Assembly (NCBI RefSeq): GCF_009914755.1
Contig: NC_060929.1
DNA: 64,000 nucleotides
Source: the human T2T-CHM13v2.0 reference genome, Homo sapiens
Strand: one strand, 5' to 3'
Shown here: positions 12,959 through 27,364 of the stretch, one piece after another
Layout: each line of letters opens with the position of its first letter
How positions within the stretch are numbered: the stretch's first letter is position 1
The notes under the pieces: generated by a model
What the model saw: the letters and a program-made list of their open reading frames with translations, nothing else
What the model was told of the DNA's origin: nothing
Databases searched by the model: none
Made by a program: the position numbers and the translations under genes

Positions 12959-15675
12959 GTCTAAATAATATGTCTTCTTATAAAGACATATTATTCTTAT
13001 AAAGAAGACATATTATAGGTCCTGTAACCCCGCTCCACCTGACATCTAGAATGTCCTCAATAAATGCATATTTGATTAAGCTCCTTCTTACCCAGTTAAC
13101 TAGGATTTTGCCCTTAGCTTTAAGCATTTCTGTAGATAATTACAATAGCTTCATCACAAACTAATTACACATGGGATAATGGACATTTGAGTTTTGGGTT
13201 TACAAATCCATATCTCTACTTTTGTGCAAGTGCATTAACCCATGTGGACTTTTTATTTAAAAAAAAACTGAATGATTTTGTAGGCTGGGGTCCTATGGTC
13301 CATATTTCTGTATCACCTGTATACTTGGCTTCTAGTTAAGATTCAGTGCATATGACATGAGTAAGAAATTAGAGGCTTCTTTTCTCATAAATTGTAAGTT
13401 CTTGAGTAGCCTTAATGCTATTACCGTGTAAAACTCTTGCATTAGATGCAAGGTATGTAGGTTTGTGGATATGTGTGGGGTGTGGGGGGGGAGCATATTC
13501 AGTCTTTACTGGTTAATGGAAGCATTCCCCATCCTTCATGTTAGTGCTGTTTGCTTTTTATGCCTGCACACAGAAAGTGGTTGAAAATTGAAAGTCTAGG
13601 GTTTCAAATTTAGTTAACAGGAGTTTGTCTTTATCAGGCAGGAGGATCTAGCTGCCTCCATAGCCCAGGCATAGAACAGCCTGCAGTGTTCTGTGACAGA
13701 AAAATATCTGAAGGGCTTTTCTATTTGTAGTGTGGCAAATCCAGGCTGGCATGGCCCCTGGGGAGTGATGCCTTGGTTAGGTGGTATCTCTTCCAGGTGT
13801 CTTGTTTAGAATAAATTAGGGTGACAGTGTGTTTTCATATCATACCTTCACCACTATTCAAGGATTAACTGCTATTCATCATTAGGCATTGAGGTCTACT
13901 GGTCCAGCTGAGCCCCAGCACCCCTTCTCACCCCATACCCCAGGGAAACTTCCCCACCGTCTGTCCTTCTCACATTGTTTCTGCCTATCCTGAAGGTTTT
14001 GTTTTTCCTATTCCTCCTTAGCCTGTACTCAAGGGAAACAAGCTTCCTTGTTTCCCTCCTTTGTACTCCCTCAGTTCTGTGGAGTCAAGTCCCAGGAGAG
14101 CAGAGAAGATAGGGTCCAATGCTATTTCCAGACCCCAAGCACCATTTCCTCTTAGACCCAGCTGTTACAGTGGCTTTTTATTTCTTGAGGGTTTAAAAAT
14201 CATTTAATGCTATTCACTTATAGTTAATTGTGATTGTTTTCATTGTTGGCCTGGTTTCTATAGGAGACCCAAAGAGCAGTACTTACTTTCAGAATGGAAA
14301 TAGCCCAGAAGACTCACACTTGAATTGCCAGCAAGGTCTCCTTCAGTGACTGCACTGATGTTAGAGGAGGGTAATGAATGGAGGACTTATGAGGTGAGGC
14401 TGTGTGAGGGCAATGGGGCAGGACAGATCCACAAGCAGTGAATAGCCAAACAAGTGAATGATAAACATGCCCTCCTTAACCTGCAGATTCAAAGGGGACA
14501 TTGTAGGTCATCCTATTATATATTTCACTTCTGTAGCTTCGTGAAGTAAATTTAGCTGCTGACTTCAGGAATGGGCTGAGCAGACCGAAATGCAACCTGC
14601 AATTGTGCTGTTGAAGATCTAGGCACCTCTTTTACTGTGGCATCTGAGTTGGGTCTCTGTCACTTGCAACCTAAGAGTACTGACAAATACTTTGGTGCCC
14701 GAGGGCAAGTGTCAGAGACCCAACTTGAAATAGCTTAGGCTAGAAGGGGCGTGCCTTGCCTTATGTGACCCCACATCCTGTGCCAAAAGAGTGTGGCTAT
14801 AGCAGGGCCTCAGGGATCCCTGGAATCAGCACCCCTCAACCCCATTCCCACCCCTGCCTCTGTCCCCTCTCTCAAACCAGCTAGAACTGGGTCTTGGGCA
14901 GCTACCAGGCTCCTGGTTTCCCAATTCTCACCCAGAGAGGAAGGTCTACCTCCCCTCCCCCAACTCTAAAAACCCCAGAGTCTCTGAATAGCCCTGATGA
15001 GGAGACATTTCCACCTCTAGGGGAGTAGCTATTACCAGAATGACCTGGTTGGAGTGGGTGGGGAGGGTAGGAGGGAAGGCTGTGCCCTGTTGATCAGACC
15101 ACTTATGGATCCACTACTGGAGTACCAGGCCACAGCGTTCTGCTCAAGGAAATGGGAGGCCTACCTTCATGTGAGCCAGCACCCCCTCTCTGTTGGACTG
15201 CAGACAAAAAAAAAATCCTTTTTTTGAATACACAGTGTTTGAGTAATGTCCAAATATGATAGTTGGGACAGCAGAAATAATTTCTGGACTTTCCTTCCAC
15301 TCCCTTCTAGGGCATCAGAGTTCACAGAATCTATGTCATTAACATATTTATATATTCCTTATTCTGAAAAGTATTAAGACACTGGATGCCTGGGTAAGGA
15401 AAGAGATTCACAAGCCAAGTGACACCACTGCGATCATTGTAAATGACGTCTCCAACATTCCAGAATGTGAGAGTCCAAGTTTCCTTATTTCAAAACTGAG
15501 TCAAAGAACCAATGAATATGTAGTAAGCCAACTTCTGGCAATTCATTCTTTCTAGGTTAACAACAGGGATTAAATATAGCCATGAATAGAACCTGTTCTC
15601 TTACTCACTCTAAAGATATTTTTCATAACCAATTCCTTTGTATATGGGTCTCCCTTTTGCTTTTTGAATCGGATC

Positions 15676-16290
<615 letters not shown>

Positions 16291-16297
16291 ACTGGAT

Positions 16298-17240
16298 CTT
16301 TTTAAGAACAACTTCACTGAGTTAGAACTTACTTTCTGTAAAATTCACTAATTTTAGTATACAATTCAACAACTTTTAGTAAATTAACAGAATTTTACTG
16401 TCATCACCACCATCTAGTTTTAGAACATTTCCCTCACCCCAGAAAGATCCTTTATGGCATTTGCAATTACTTCCTGTTAGCGTTCCCAGCCCTGGACAAC
16501 CACCAATCTACTTTTTGTCTTTATAAATTTACCTTTTCTGGATGTGTCTTAGAAATAGAATCCTGGCCAGGCGTGGTGGCTCATGCCTGTAATCCCAGCA
16601 CTTTGGGAGGCACAGGCCGGAGGAACGTTTGAGGCCAGCAGTGCAAGACCAGCCTGGGCAACACAGAGACTCTGTTTCTACAAGAAATACAAAAATTAGT
16701 TGGGTGTGGTGATGCACACCTGTAGTCCCAGCTACTCAGGAGGCTGAGGTGGGAGGATCACTTGAGCCCAGGAGTTTGAGGCTGCAGAGAGCTATGATGG
16801 TGCCACTACACTCCAGCCTGGGCAACAGAGAAAGACTCTGTCTCTTAAAAAAAAGAAAAAAAAAAAGGAATGGAATCATATAATGTGTGGTCTTTTCTGT
16901 CTGACTTTCACTTAACAAAATGTGTTTGAGCTTCATCCATGCTTCACCATGGATCAGCTTGCTATTCCTTTTTATTGCTGGGTAGTATTCCATTATATGG
17001 AATTGCCACAGATTATTTACCTAGTTGACAAACATTTCTGTTTTACTTTTTCCACAATTACAAATGCTACTTCTATAAATATTCGGTCTTTGTGTGGACA
17101 TATGTTTTCATTTCTCTCGTAGGTGGGAATAGCATTGCTGAGTCATGTGGTAAATGTACATTTAACTTTGTAAGAAATTGTCACACTGCATTTCACAATG
17201 ACTATACCATTTTACATTTTCACCAATAATGTTTGAGGAT
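16298..17240 (-). mobile_element. L1MB-type 3' remnant (split by Alu)
   Basis: ctagttttagaacatttccctcacccc; atggaatcatataatgtgtggtctttt; taccattttacatt. Confidence 0.75.
16565..16866 (+). mobile_element. AluJ
   Basis: gagtttgaggctgcag; inserted in L1M. Confidence 0.9.
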
Positions 17241-18255
17241 TGGATCTCTATGTTTAAACTTGATGGGCCCTTTTGGGTTTCAAGATAGGTGAAACTTAAG
17301 GAATGGACTTTGGAGGAAGATGTGAAGGGGCTTACCCATACACGGTCACTTGGGGTCAGTTGCTGGGCACTCTGTGAGGTGGTTTTTCTCTTCAGAGGTG
17401 AACACGGTGGTGTGTTTAGACGGTGGTATTGTAATGAACATCAAAAGATAAGTAACACAGAACAGGACAAGCATTTTAGCGATCATCTTAAAAATAACCT
17501 CGATTTAAGGGATAATTGCATGGAGTTTCTTAGTCCTAGAGTGATTTTTATATTCCAGAGGTAGCTTGTTTTGATTAAGCCATGCTTTTTAAATTGAATG
17601 GAGTTAGGGCAGGAGGTAACCTTGGGACTTTTCTTTGGTAGGCTTATTGGAGCATGTGAGTCGTGGATTTGACAGACCAGAAAGTAGTGCTGCCAGAACC
17701 ACAGCCAATTTTGTGTCAGTCAGTGCCGCTGGCTCTGGCTGATTCATAGACTAAGATCAATCCTGGTTGATGGCAGGTTTTATTCTCAAAGGAGAATGAT
17801 ATATTTGGTTTCCAAGAGAAATGTCGTCTCCTGGATAAAGGCAAGTTGTGAATATAGGAGATGAATGGTCTCAAAAGAGTTTTACTACGTGATCATTATG
17901 ATACAGTATCTAAATGACATTTATGGTTTAAAAAGAATGTGCTCATTTATTTTCTTGGAAAAAAATCTGAGATTTTAAAGTATTTTAGAAAGGATTCATT
18001 GCCAAGATGACATTATTGTTATGTCTTTCCCCCCCTAACTTTATCTGGGCAGTCTTTTAACAAACCTGTACCTTTGTTAATTCATAAAAGAAAGTTTACT
18101 TGTTTATTCATTCATAACGTATCTGGTTTGCTGAATAAATAAGATTTATAAGATAGTAATCATAAAGCAGCTTTGTTTTGTATCCCCCTGTCTGAAAGTT
18201 ATAATTGTGAGGTTAGTATATTCCTTGTCTCTGGATGAAATCTATGACATTTCTA

Positions 18256-18544
18256 TTTTTTTTTTTTTTTTTTTTTGAGACACAGTTTCACTCTGTCACG
18301 CAGGATGGAGTGCAGTGGCACGATCTCAGCTCACAGCAACCTTTGTCTCCTGGCTTCAAGTGATTCTTTGCCTCAGCCTCCCCAGTAGCTGGGATTATGG
18401 GTGCGCACCACCACACCCGGCTCATTTTTGTATTTTTAGAGGAGACGAGGTTTTGCCATGTTGGCCAGGCTGGTCTTGAACTTCTGCACCCGCCTTGCCC
18501 TTCCAAAGTTCTGGGATTACAGGCGTGAGCCACCACACCTGGCC
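18256..18544 (-). mobile_element. AluS (small internal deletion)
   Basis: Antisense Alu with T tract. Confidence 0.9.
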
Positions 18545-18545
18545 G

Positions 18546-18832
18546 TTTCTTTTTTTTTAAAATGGGGTCTCACTCTGTCTCCCAGGCTGGAGTGTAGTGA
18601 CAATCATAGCTCCCTGTAGCCTCAAACTCCTGGGCTCAAGTGATCCTCTTGCCTCAGCCTCCCAAGTACCTGGGCCTACAGGTGCTCGCCACCATACCCA
18701 GCTAATTTACTTTTATTTTTGTAGAGATGGGGATCTCACTATGTTGCCCAGGCTGGTCTCAGGCTCAAGTGATCTTCCCATCTTGGCCTCCCAAAGTGCT
18801 GGGATTATAGGCATGAGTCACTGCACCCAGCC
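18546..18832 (-). mobile_element. AluJ
   Basis: Antisense Alu, J-type. Confidence 0.9.
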
Positions 18833-18924
18833 TCTGACTTTTCTGATTATTCTTAGATTTTTAAAAAAAGTTCTGCAGTCAGTTTCAACTGCTAAATACT
18901 CTTAATTCAGAATTTAGAGTCCTC

Positions 18925-19001
18925 AATGTTGGTGAAAAAGTAATCGTGGTTTTTGTTATTTTAATGGCAAAAACTGCAATTACTTTTGCACCAATCTAAT
19001 A
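18925..19001. mobile_element. MADE1 (Hsmar1-derived MITE)
   Basis: gttggtgaaaaagtaatcgtggtttttg...caaaaactgcaattacttttgcaccaatctaa palindrome. Confidence 0.9.
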
Positions 19002-19171
19002 ACAATAAAAAGTTGTAATTTGATTTAAAGTTAAATAGCTGTCCCTTTTCTCTTTGTCCCTACTTCACCCTGCTACCCGGCCTCCTGCATCTTCCTATCA
19101 CAGTTTGAAATCCCTCTAGGGATCGCTGTATGGTAAAACTGGGGGTAGGGCAGAGGAAGATAAGAAGTTAG

Positions 19172-19369
<198 letters not shown>

Positions 19370-19453
19370 TGACTGGTACTACAGCATGATAGTGCCATGT
19401 TCTGAGTTTGACAGATGTTTGTTTTACTTTTAATTGTGGGTTATTTCTGGGAA

Positions 19454-19810
19454 TGTTACGGACTGAATTGTGCCCCTCCACCCCATTTCTAAGTCCTAAC
19501 CCCCAGTTTCTCAGAATGTACCTGTATTTGGAGATAGGACCTTTGTAGGGGTAATTAAGGTAAAATAAGGTCATATGGGTGGACTCTAATCCAGTATGAC
19601 TGGTGTCCTCATAAGATGAAGCAATTAGGATGCAGACACACACAGAAGACCATATGAAAACACAGGGCGAAGGCGTCCATCTACAGGCCACGAAGAAAGG
19701 CCTCAGAAGGAAACCAACCCTGTTGACACCTTGATCTTGGGCTTTATTTTGTGTTGTTTAAACTACCCAGTCTGTGGTACTTTGCTGTGGCAGCCCTGGC
19801 ACACCAGCAG
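19454..19810 (+). mobile_element. MLT1B-like MaLR solo LTR
   Basis: tgttacggactgaattgtgcccc...ccagtatgactggtgtcctcataag...gacaccttgatcttgg. Confidence 0.8.
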
Positions 19811-21312
19811 AGGGGCCCCTTGGAGATCTCCCTCTTCTCACTCCATTCCTGGACCATCACTGCAGACCCCTCTTCTGCAGTTCCCTTGTTGAATGTCATG
19901 TGATTGCCTCCAGTTTGTTGCTTCTCCACCAGGGAATCCGCTTCCCTCTGCCCTCTTTGTCCTTCCAATCTACCCTATTACACAGAATCTAACACCACTT
20001 ATTTCCCTCTATTGTGAGTTGCCTACTCATGCTCCATAGGAAACACATATTAATGCACAAATAAACTCCAGCACTCAGGCTGATAACAACACAACAGCAA
20101 GCTCTCCTTCATTTCCATCCTTGAAGCATAGGCCAGTTTCTCTCCATTTTAGATTTTTCAGGTGTGGATCAGACACCCGTCCAACCTCTTCAGCCCTGTA
20201 AGCCTCTCATGAGGTTGAGTAGGTGTGGTAGGAATCATTGCATAGCTCTCTCTAAAGGAAGACCCTCCCACAATCCACACACATTCTGACCCTTTTAGAC
20301 CTGGATGTGAGTAAGAGCCCTGTTACCAGTTTTCAGCTGAATCCTTTGAAAATTTGCACCATGGGCTAAAATGACTGTGGTATGTCTGTGTTTCCAGCGT
20401 AACCGTAGTGCTCATTCATTCATTCATCATTGATTCATTCAGGCAGTGCAAAGTTTCACTAAGTGTTGACTATGAAGAGAGCCTTGCTGAGGCCAGAGGT
20501 GAAACCCTGACCCTGCTAGGATGGTCGTTTTCTGTCTTGAGGAGCTCCCTGACTAGAAGGGGAGTAAGGTCTCACATGAAATAACACAGCAGCCCTGTTG
20601 ATTTGTGGGGGGAATCCCTGGCTTGCCCATAGTTCTAGAATCAGGCTGAGAAAATCTCTGTCCTAAGAATTTGCCTCCAGGGTACTAGCTGATGATCCTT
20701 GCTCTCCTCTGACCCTAACGTTGCATTATTGAAAATGGTCAGCATCTTCAGGTAGGCTTAGCACGTGACTGGGGGGATGCTGCACAAGGACAGCAGTAAT
20801 GAGAAGGAAGGGGGCAGGTGGGAAGGAAAAAGGAGGGGCATCCTGGTAAGATTTCACAGGCCAAATGAGCTGGGTTTTTAAAAACCTTAGTGCTTTTCTC
20901 TTGTACATGGTGAAACCCAATTACTATGTTGCGTTTGTACAAATATCCCAATGACGCTAACCCGTGTCAGAGAGCTCACCCTCCTCAGTACACCTGGGAT
21001 CCACGAGAGCCTTGCTGAGGTCAGAGATGAGGTCTAAAGTCTATCCAAGCACTTTATCCTATATCTTTGTTCTGCGTGTTCACCTGTAAAACATTTATTG
21101 ATTATATGCCAATGGCCAGGGCTCAAGTTCAGGCAAAATGAAAATACTCTATTCCAAAGTAAGTAGGTAGTCTGAGATGTAAATTTTCAAATCGGCTTAA
21201 AACTGATAACACGGTTCTTGAATCTCTCACTCACACCCAGGGTCCAAAGGAGTCAGACTGGGGGAGGGTCTTTCTTTGCAGAGAACTATGAAGTGATTCC
21301 TACCACCCCTAC

Positions 21313-21679
21313 TGTCTTAGTCCATTTTCTGTTGCTATAACAGAGTACCAGAGACTGGGTAATTTACAGAGAAAAGAAGCTTATTGGGTTCATAGTTCTG
21401 GAGTTTGGGAAGCCCAAGGACATGGTGCTGGTCCCTAGCAAGGGACATCTGGTGGCATAATGTGGATGCGAAAGAGACCACAAGAGCAAGCCTAGCTCAC
21501 TTTTATAATAACGGGCTCTGGCAAGAACTAATTCACTCCCGTAATAAAGCATGAATCCATTCAGAAGGGTAGAACCCTCATGACCCAATCATTCTTAAAG
21601 TCTTCATCCCTTAATACTATTACATTGGCAATTAAGTTTCCAGCACATGAACTTCTGGAGGACACATTCACACCATAGC
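21313..21679 (-). mobile_element. MST-family MaLR solo LTR
   Basis: tgtcttagtccattttctgttgctataacagagtacc...acacattcacaccatagc. Confidence 0.8.
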
Positions 21680-22589
21680 TTACGGGACCACTTGGGGAGA
21701 TTGAACAGGTGTCAGACCCTTACCTGGAAAGTCTAAGAAAGGAGTCCCCTATCTTGTGAGAGAGATGGACAAAATGCCCTTTCCTCCTTCACCTGTCCAA
21801 ATCCCGTGTTTCCTTTAAGTTCAGTTAGAACCCTGCTCCCATTTAGGAAGACTTCTCTGATCTTTTTCTAGCACTTCAAGATTCTCACTCTTTGAATTTC
21901 TACAGTATTTAACACCTACTTATAAGATGATTTTTTAATTATTCTTTATTCATATCCTCAGTTAGTTTGGAGTCCTCTGGGCCTACTCATATAAGCTGAG
22001 TGTTTGTATGTATTTAAAATTCTGTCTTTCTAGAACAGTACAAATCTGCTGTAAAGTAAATTGGGCAAGAGGGAACAGTACCCGTTGGGCCCTGCTTCCC
22101 ATTTTTATGTTCTTCCAGAAGCAGCAACATAACTCACAGCATAGCCCTTGTCTGAGAGGCAGAGATTGAAGCAGCTTCCACCCACTGGGAGGAGTTTGGA
22201 TGGCGTGAGGTACTGTGTTGTTAAGGTACCTTCATTAGGAAGGTTGGTCTGGAGAGACCTTTGACAGAATGTATTTGTTTTGCTGGATTGAGAGAATTGA
22301 ATGTTTATATAGCTTTGGTTAAAATTCCATTTTTGTTGCAGAGAGATTATTGTCTGAAGAAATACTCAAGCACTTGAGTGAGAAGAGGTAGATGCTGACA
22401 AGGAGAGAAGGAGTGTATTTTAGTTTCTTATGCTTGTTCAGAACTTGGTCTGTGGTATGGATTTTAAGTCTGATGTCCTTTTTAACTTGGAAGAAAATGT
22501 CCTGAAGTCTATTTAGGGGCACATGTTAGTTAGTGTTCTGGTTTGGCTGAGAATTCTGTAGATGTATTCCTATATTCCGTGATGGAATA

Positions 22590-22891
22590 TTATTATTATT
22601 TTTTTCGAGATAGAGTCTCACTCTTTCATCCAGGCTGAAGTGCAGTAGCATGATCATGGCTCACTGTAGCCTTGAACTCCCAGGCTCAAGTGACCCTTCC
22701 ACCTCAACCTCCTGAGTAGCTAGGACTACGGGCATGTGCCACCACCCCCGGCTAATTAAAAAAATTTTTTTTTGTAGAGACTGGGTCTCGCTCTGGTGCC
22801 CAGGCTGGTCTTGAATGCTTGGTCTCAAGCAGTCTTTCCACCTCAGCCTCCCAAAATGTTGGGATTACAGATGTGAGTTGCTGTGCCCGCC
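22590..22891 (-). mobile_element. AluJ
   Basis: Antisense Alu, J-type. Confidence 0.9.
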
Positions 22892-22930
22892 CTGCTGCAT
22901 TTCTTTTTTCATCAGTCTAGAGGTTTCTAA

Positions 22931-23290
<360 letters not shown>

Positions 23291-23309
23291 TAATAGAGAT
23301 TATTAAGCT

Positions 23310-23478
23310 TTTAAAAAAAAAACAGCTTTGTTGAGATATCATTCATATACCATTCACTTCACCTCCTGAAAGTGTACAAATGAATGGTTTTTAGTATGTT
23401 CACAGGTTGTGCAGCCATTACAGCAGTAAATCTTAGAACATTTTCATTACACCCAAAAGAAAACCCCATATCCATTGT
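23310..23478 (-). mobile_element. L1MB 3' end fragment
   Basis: cagctttgttgagata...aagtgtacaaatgaatggtttttagtatgttcacaggttgtgcagccat. Confidence 0.7.
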
Positions 23479-24677
23479 AAGGGTTTTTTTTTTTAAATAC
23501 TCAAAGAAGTTTAACTTTTTTGTTTGTGATAAAGCTGTACAGGCTAATATCAAGGTTTTAAAATTCAGGCTAGGATTGGGAGTTAAATTATTTTTTTAAA
23601 GGGAAAATGAACTGATAATAAACAATGTTACATCCAGTCTTTCAAATGAGATGGAAACAAGCATGTACATCTCTGCTTTGCTCCATCCTCATTTATCAAC
23701 GTAACATCCATTCTGTGATGAGTGGTGGCCAGTGATGATTGGTGGCCAGTGATGGATGCCATATTTCAGGGACTTATTTTGAATTAAATGGGTAATAAAC
23801 TGACTAATATTTCTGCTCAGTGGGTAGGTGTGCTTTATTCTGTTTGAAATGGGAGAACTTAGTTCAGAGAACTTTTTCCATAGATGCATGATCCTTTTTG
23901 GTACATACTCGAATTAGGCTGTTGTGCAGCTAATTCAGCTTTGCTGTATTTCTTTTGAAGTAAGCATCCTGATTTAATGGCTTTTCCAAGGACTGCCTTT
24001 AGTGTGGCCTTGCTAACCTGATAGATGTCACTTTACTCAACATAGGTTGTAGCTCAGCCTGGGCTTTAGAAGTTTGGGATTGAAAATGAGACTGTAAGAT
24101 CCCAGTTGGCCCAAGGAAGGCGAGTCCGTTTACTCATGATTCATCTTGAGGAAGAAGAGATGCTGAGACAGCTGGCACCTGGCGTTATTCCAGGGGCCAC
24201 ATTACTTTCCGCCAGCCATGGCTTCCAGGTGTTAGATCCTTTCATGAATACCAGGAAAGCAGTGATCTATTAATAACTTTACCCCAGCTACAGTTCATGC
24301 TTCTAGAGTTACCATTGTGTGGATTTCCAGAACTTCTTTTCCTTTGACACTTATCTTTATCATTGTGGAATTATGCCCATGGGCCACCCAGCTCTCACAC
24401 ACCCAAAGCCATGGACTCTAGGAAGACACTCAGTTTGGCGGTTAATCCCTTCCCTTGGGAACTTTTGGAATTATCACTTTATTTATCTAATCCTCTTCAA
24501 ATAAGAGTTTGTATACTTTTCACTGCATGCTTAAAAAAAAAAAAGAAAAGCCAAAGACAAATACACAGAAAAACTAACACAACACCCACGAAACCCCCAT
24601 GACCTCAAACAAAAATCTTACCCACTGTTGCCTAAGACTTTGTGCTCTCTGAATATGTGAACGAAGGAATGCTTTGA

Positions 24678-25125
<448 letters not shown>

Positions 25126-26201
25126 GGCGATTTCCACTTTCTAGCAACAGTTGGCGTAGAAACCCTGGCCCAGCCAGCGACAGTTAGCCAGCGACAGTTG
25201 GGGAATATCTGTTTATCGTTATTTCTACTTTGATTCCTCAAAAGGTGATTCTGTTTTGACGTGAAAAAAACAACCCAACTTTGGTTTATGAACCAGCCCA
25301 ACTCTGACAAGTGTGTTCCTGTTCCGCCTACATCAGTTCTAGGTTCTCTAACTTCAGTGTGCAGAAGATTCAACCAAGGAAGTTCCTGGGCTCTACCCCT
25401 TGAGATTCAGTTTTAATAGGACAGGGGCTAAAAGATTGCATTTAGTCCCCAGGTCCTTCTGATGTGGATTAACTAGGGGCTGACTTTGAGAAACACTGCC
25501 CTGGAATGTGCACTTGCTATTCAGGTACCAGCCCAGCCTTTTCTGTGACTAAATGCTTGGCAGTTAACAATGTATAATTATGGTGTGTGTCGTTTCCAAG
25601 GCAACATGCATCTGTCACTCCCGCTGAGGCTGGGAAGATTGAAAGGGGCCATGGAGAGGCTGCAGTCACAATGAGGCCTCCAGATTCATGTCATCAAAGT
25701 GCTTCATGATGACTGGATTTTCACACCATTTATCCAAGGGCCCTAGTCAATGGCAGCAGCAAGAATGAAAGTAGACACATTGGAAGCTAGAGAGTCACTG
25801 GGTGACTTTTGGAGGTAGCAACAAGCTCATGAAGAAGGCATTCAGTGGCTTGCACTCCCCACCCATCCTCTCAAGTCAGTTTTGTTTAGAATAATTAGGA
25901 TGTGGGGGAATGTGAGAGGACCTGGCAAGGCTTCTGAAAACAGTGGTTAACTGTGGTAAACGTGTGCCTGCTATTCCTCAGTTCTCCTCTGGGATGGTGC
26001 TGTTAAAGGTCACCTGTTCTCACTTGCAGTGGGCTTGACGTGACATTTATTGAGCACTTACTATGTGATGGAAACTTTCACATAGATTATCTTGCCTTTT
26101 TGACCTAAGTGTATTTTCATTTTTTTTTTTAGCTACATGCGAAGTTTTCACATCTTGTACATTTCCAAATTTAATGAAAAAGGTAGAGTCTGTACATGTT
26201 T

Positions 26202-26344
26202 GCTGGGCACAGTGGCTCATGCCTGTAATCCCAGCTTTTAGGGAGGGAGAGGCCAGAGGATAGCTTGAGCCCAGGAATTCGTGACCTGCCTGGGCAATAT
26301 AGTGAGACCCCATTCGCCACAAAAAAGGAAAAAAAAAAAGATAA
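26202..26344 (+). pseudogene. BC200 (BCYRN1) retrocopy
   Basis: BC200-type positions gaggatagcttgagccc, gacctgcctgggcaatatag, aaaaaggaaaaaaaaaaa; 15-bp TSD agtct(g/a)tacatgttt. Confidence 0.8.
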
Positions 26345-26408
26345 AGTCTATACATGTTTTAGCACAGGATTTGGCTTTTTGGTTTTAGTTGTAAAACTGT
26401 ATAGGGCA

Positions 26409-26684
26409 TTGCTGGATGGAACTGGAGGCCGTTATTCCAAGTGAAGTAACTCAGGAATGGAAAACCAAATACCGTATGTTCTCACTTGTAAGTGGGAGCT
26501 AAGTTATAAGGATGCAAAAACATACAGAGTGATACAATGGACTGTCAGGACTAGGTTGGGAGAGAGGTGAGGGATAAAAGACAACATATTGGTTGCATTA
26601 AAATCTCAGAATTCATTGCTAAGAAATTCATGTATCAAAAAACTACCTATACCCCCCAAACTATTGAAATTAAAAAAAAAAAAA
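26409..26684 (+). mobile_element. L1PB 3' end, 5' truncated
   Basis: gtgaagtaactcaggaatggaaaaccaaataccgtatgttctcac; A-tail; TSD aaaact(g/a)tatagggca. Confidence 0.85.
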
Positions 26685-27364
26685 CTATATAGGGCAGTGA
26701 AAACATTCAGCCACTAGTCAGGCCTTAGGGTCTGGTTCTGAATCTCATCATGAATAGGCTTTGTGACTCAGGCAAGTTTCTAAACTTGTCTGAGGCTCTG
26801 TTGCTACTTCTGTGAAATGAGGCACTTAGACTAGATGAGCAATCTTGACTTTTGAAGGGTGGCAACTACCTTGTAGAATCCAGTGAAAACTCAGAACCTT
26901 CCTCCCTGAAAAATGTAAATGTATACTTGCTAAAAGATAATTACATTCCATTTCCAGGGGACCACAGACCCATGTTAAATGAAGTGATTGCTTAAGATTC
27001 AGCTCAACTCAGAATTGCTGAGTCCCACAAGACCCTGAGAGTCTTGCATTGTTTAGAGAGGCCCCCTGAGGAATGAGCTATTTGATGAGGGAGGTTTTGT
27101 TGTTCCTGGCATTTTTCACTAACTGCCCTGTGCATTCTGGGGAGGGGAGACGGGAACAAACACTGAGAAAAATAAATAGGGAATGAGTGGCATCTGGAAT
27201 ATGAACTGTTTTCCTCATCACTTTTCACAAGGAGGTGGATGGCATGATTGCAGCACAGAAGATATGTTGAGGAATGACTTGAACATAGAGATACAGCATT
27301 TTGTACAGTGACAGTTAAGCAGTAACTTAGACTTGCTCTACTTTTAATGTTTGAGAACTCACTG

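Noticed and set aside
19803-19817. CTCF-like ccagcagaggggc
   Set aside because: Imperfect match at an LTR edge; cannot be supported from sequence alone
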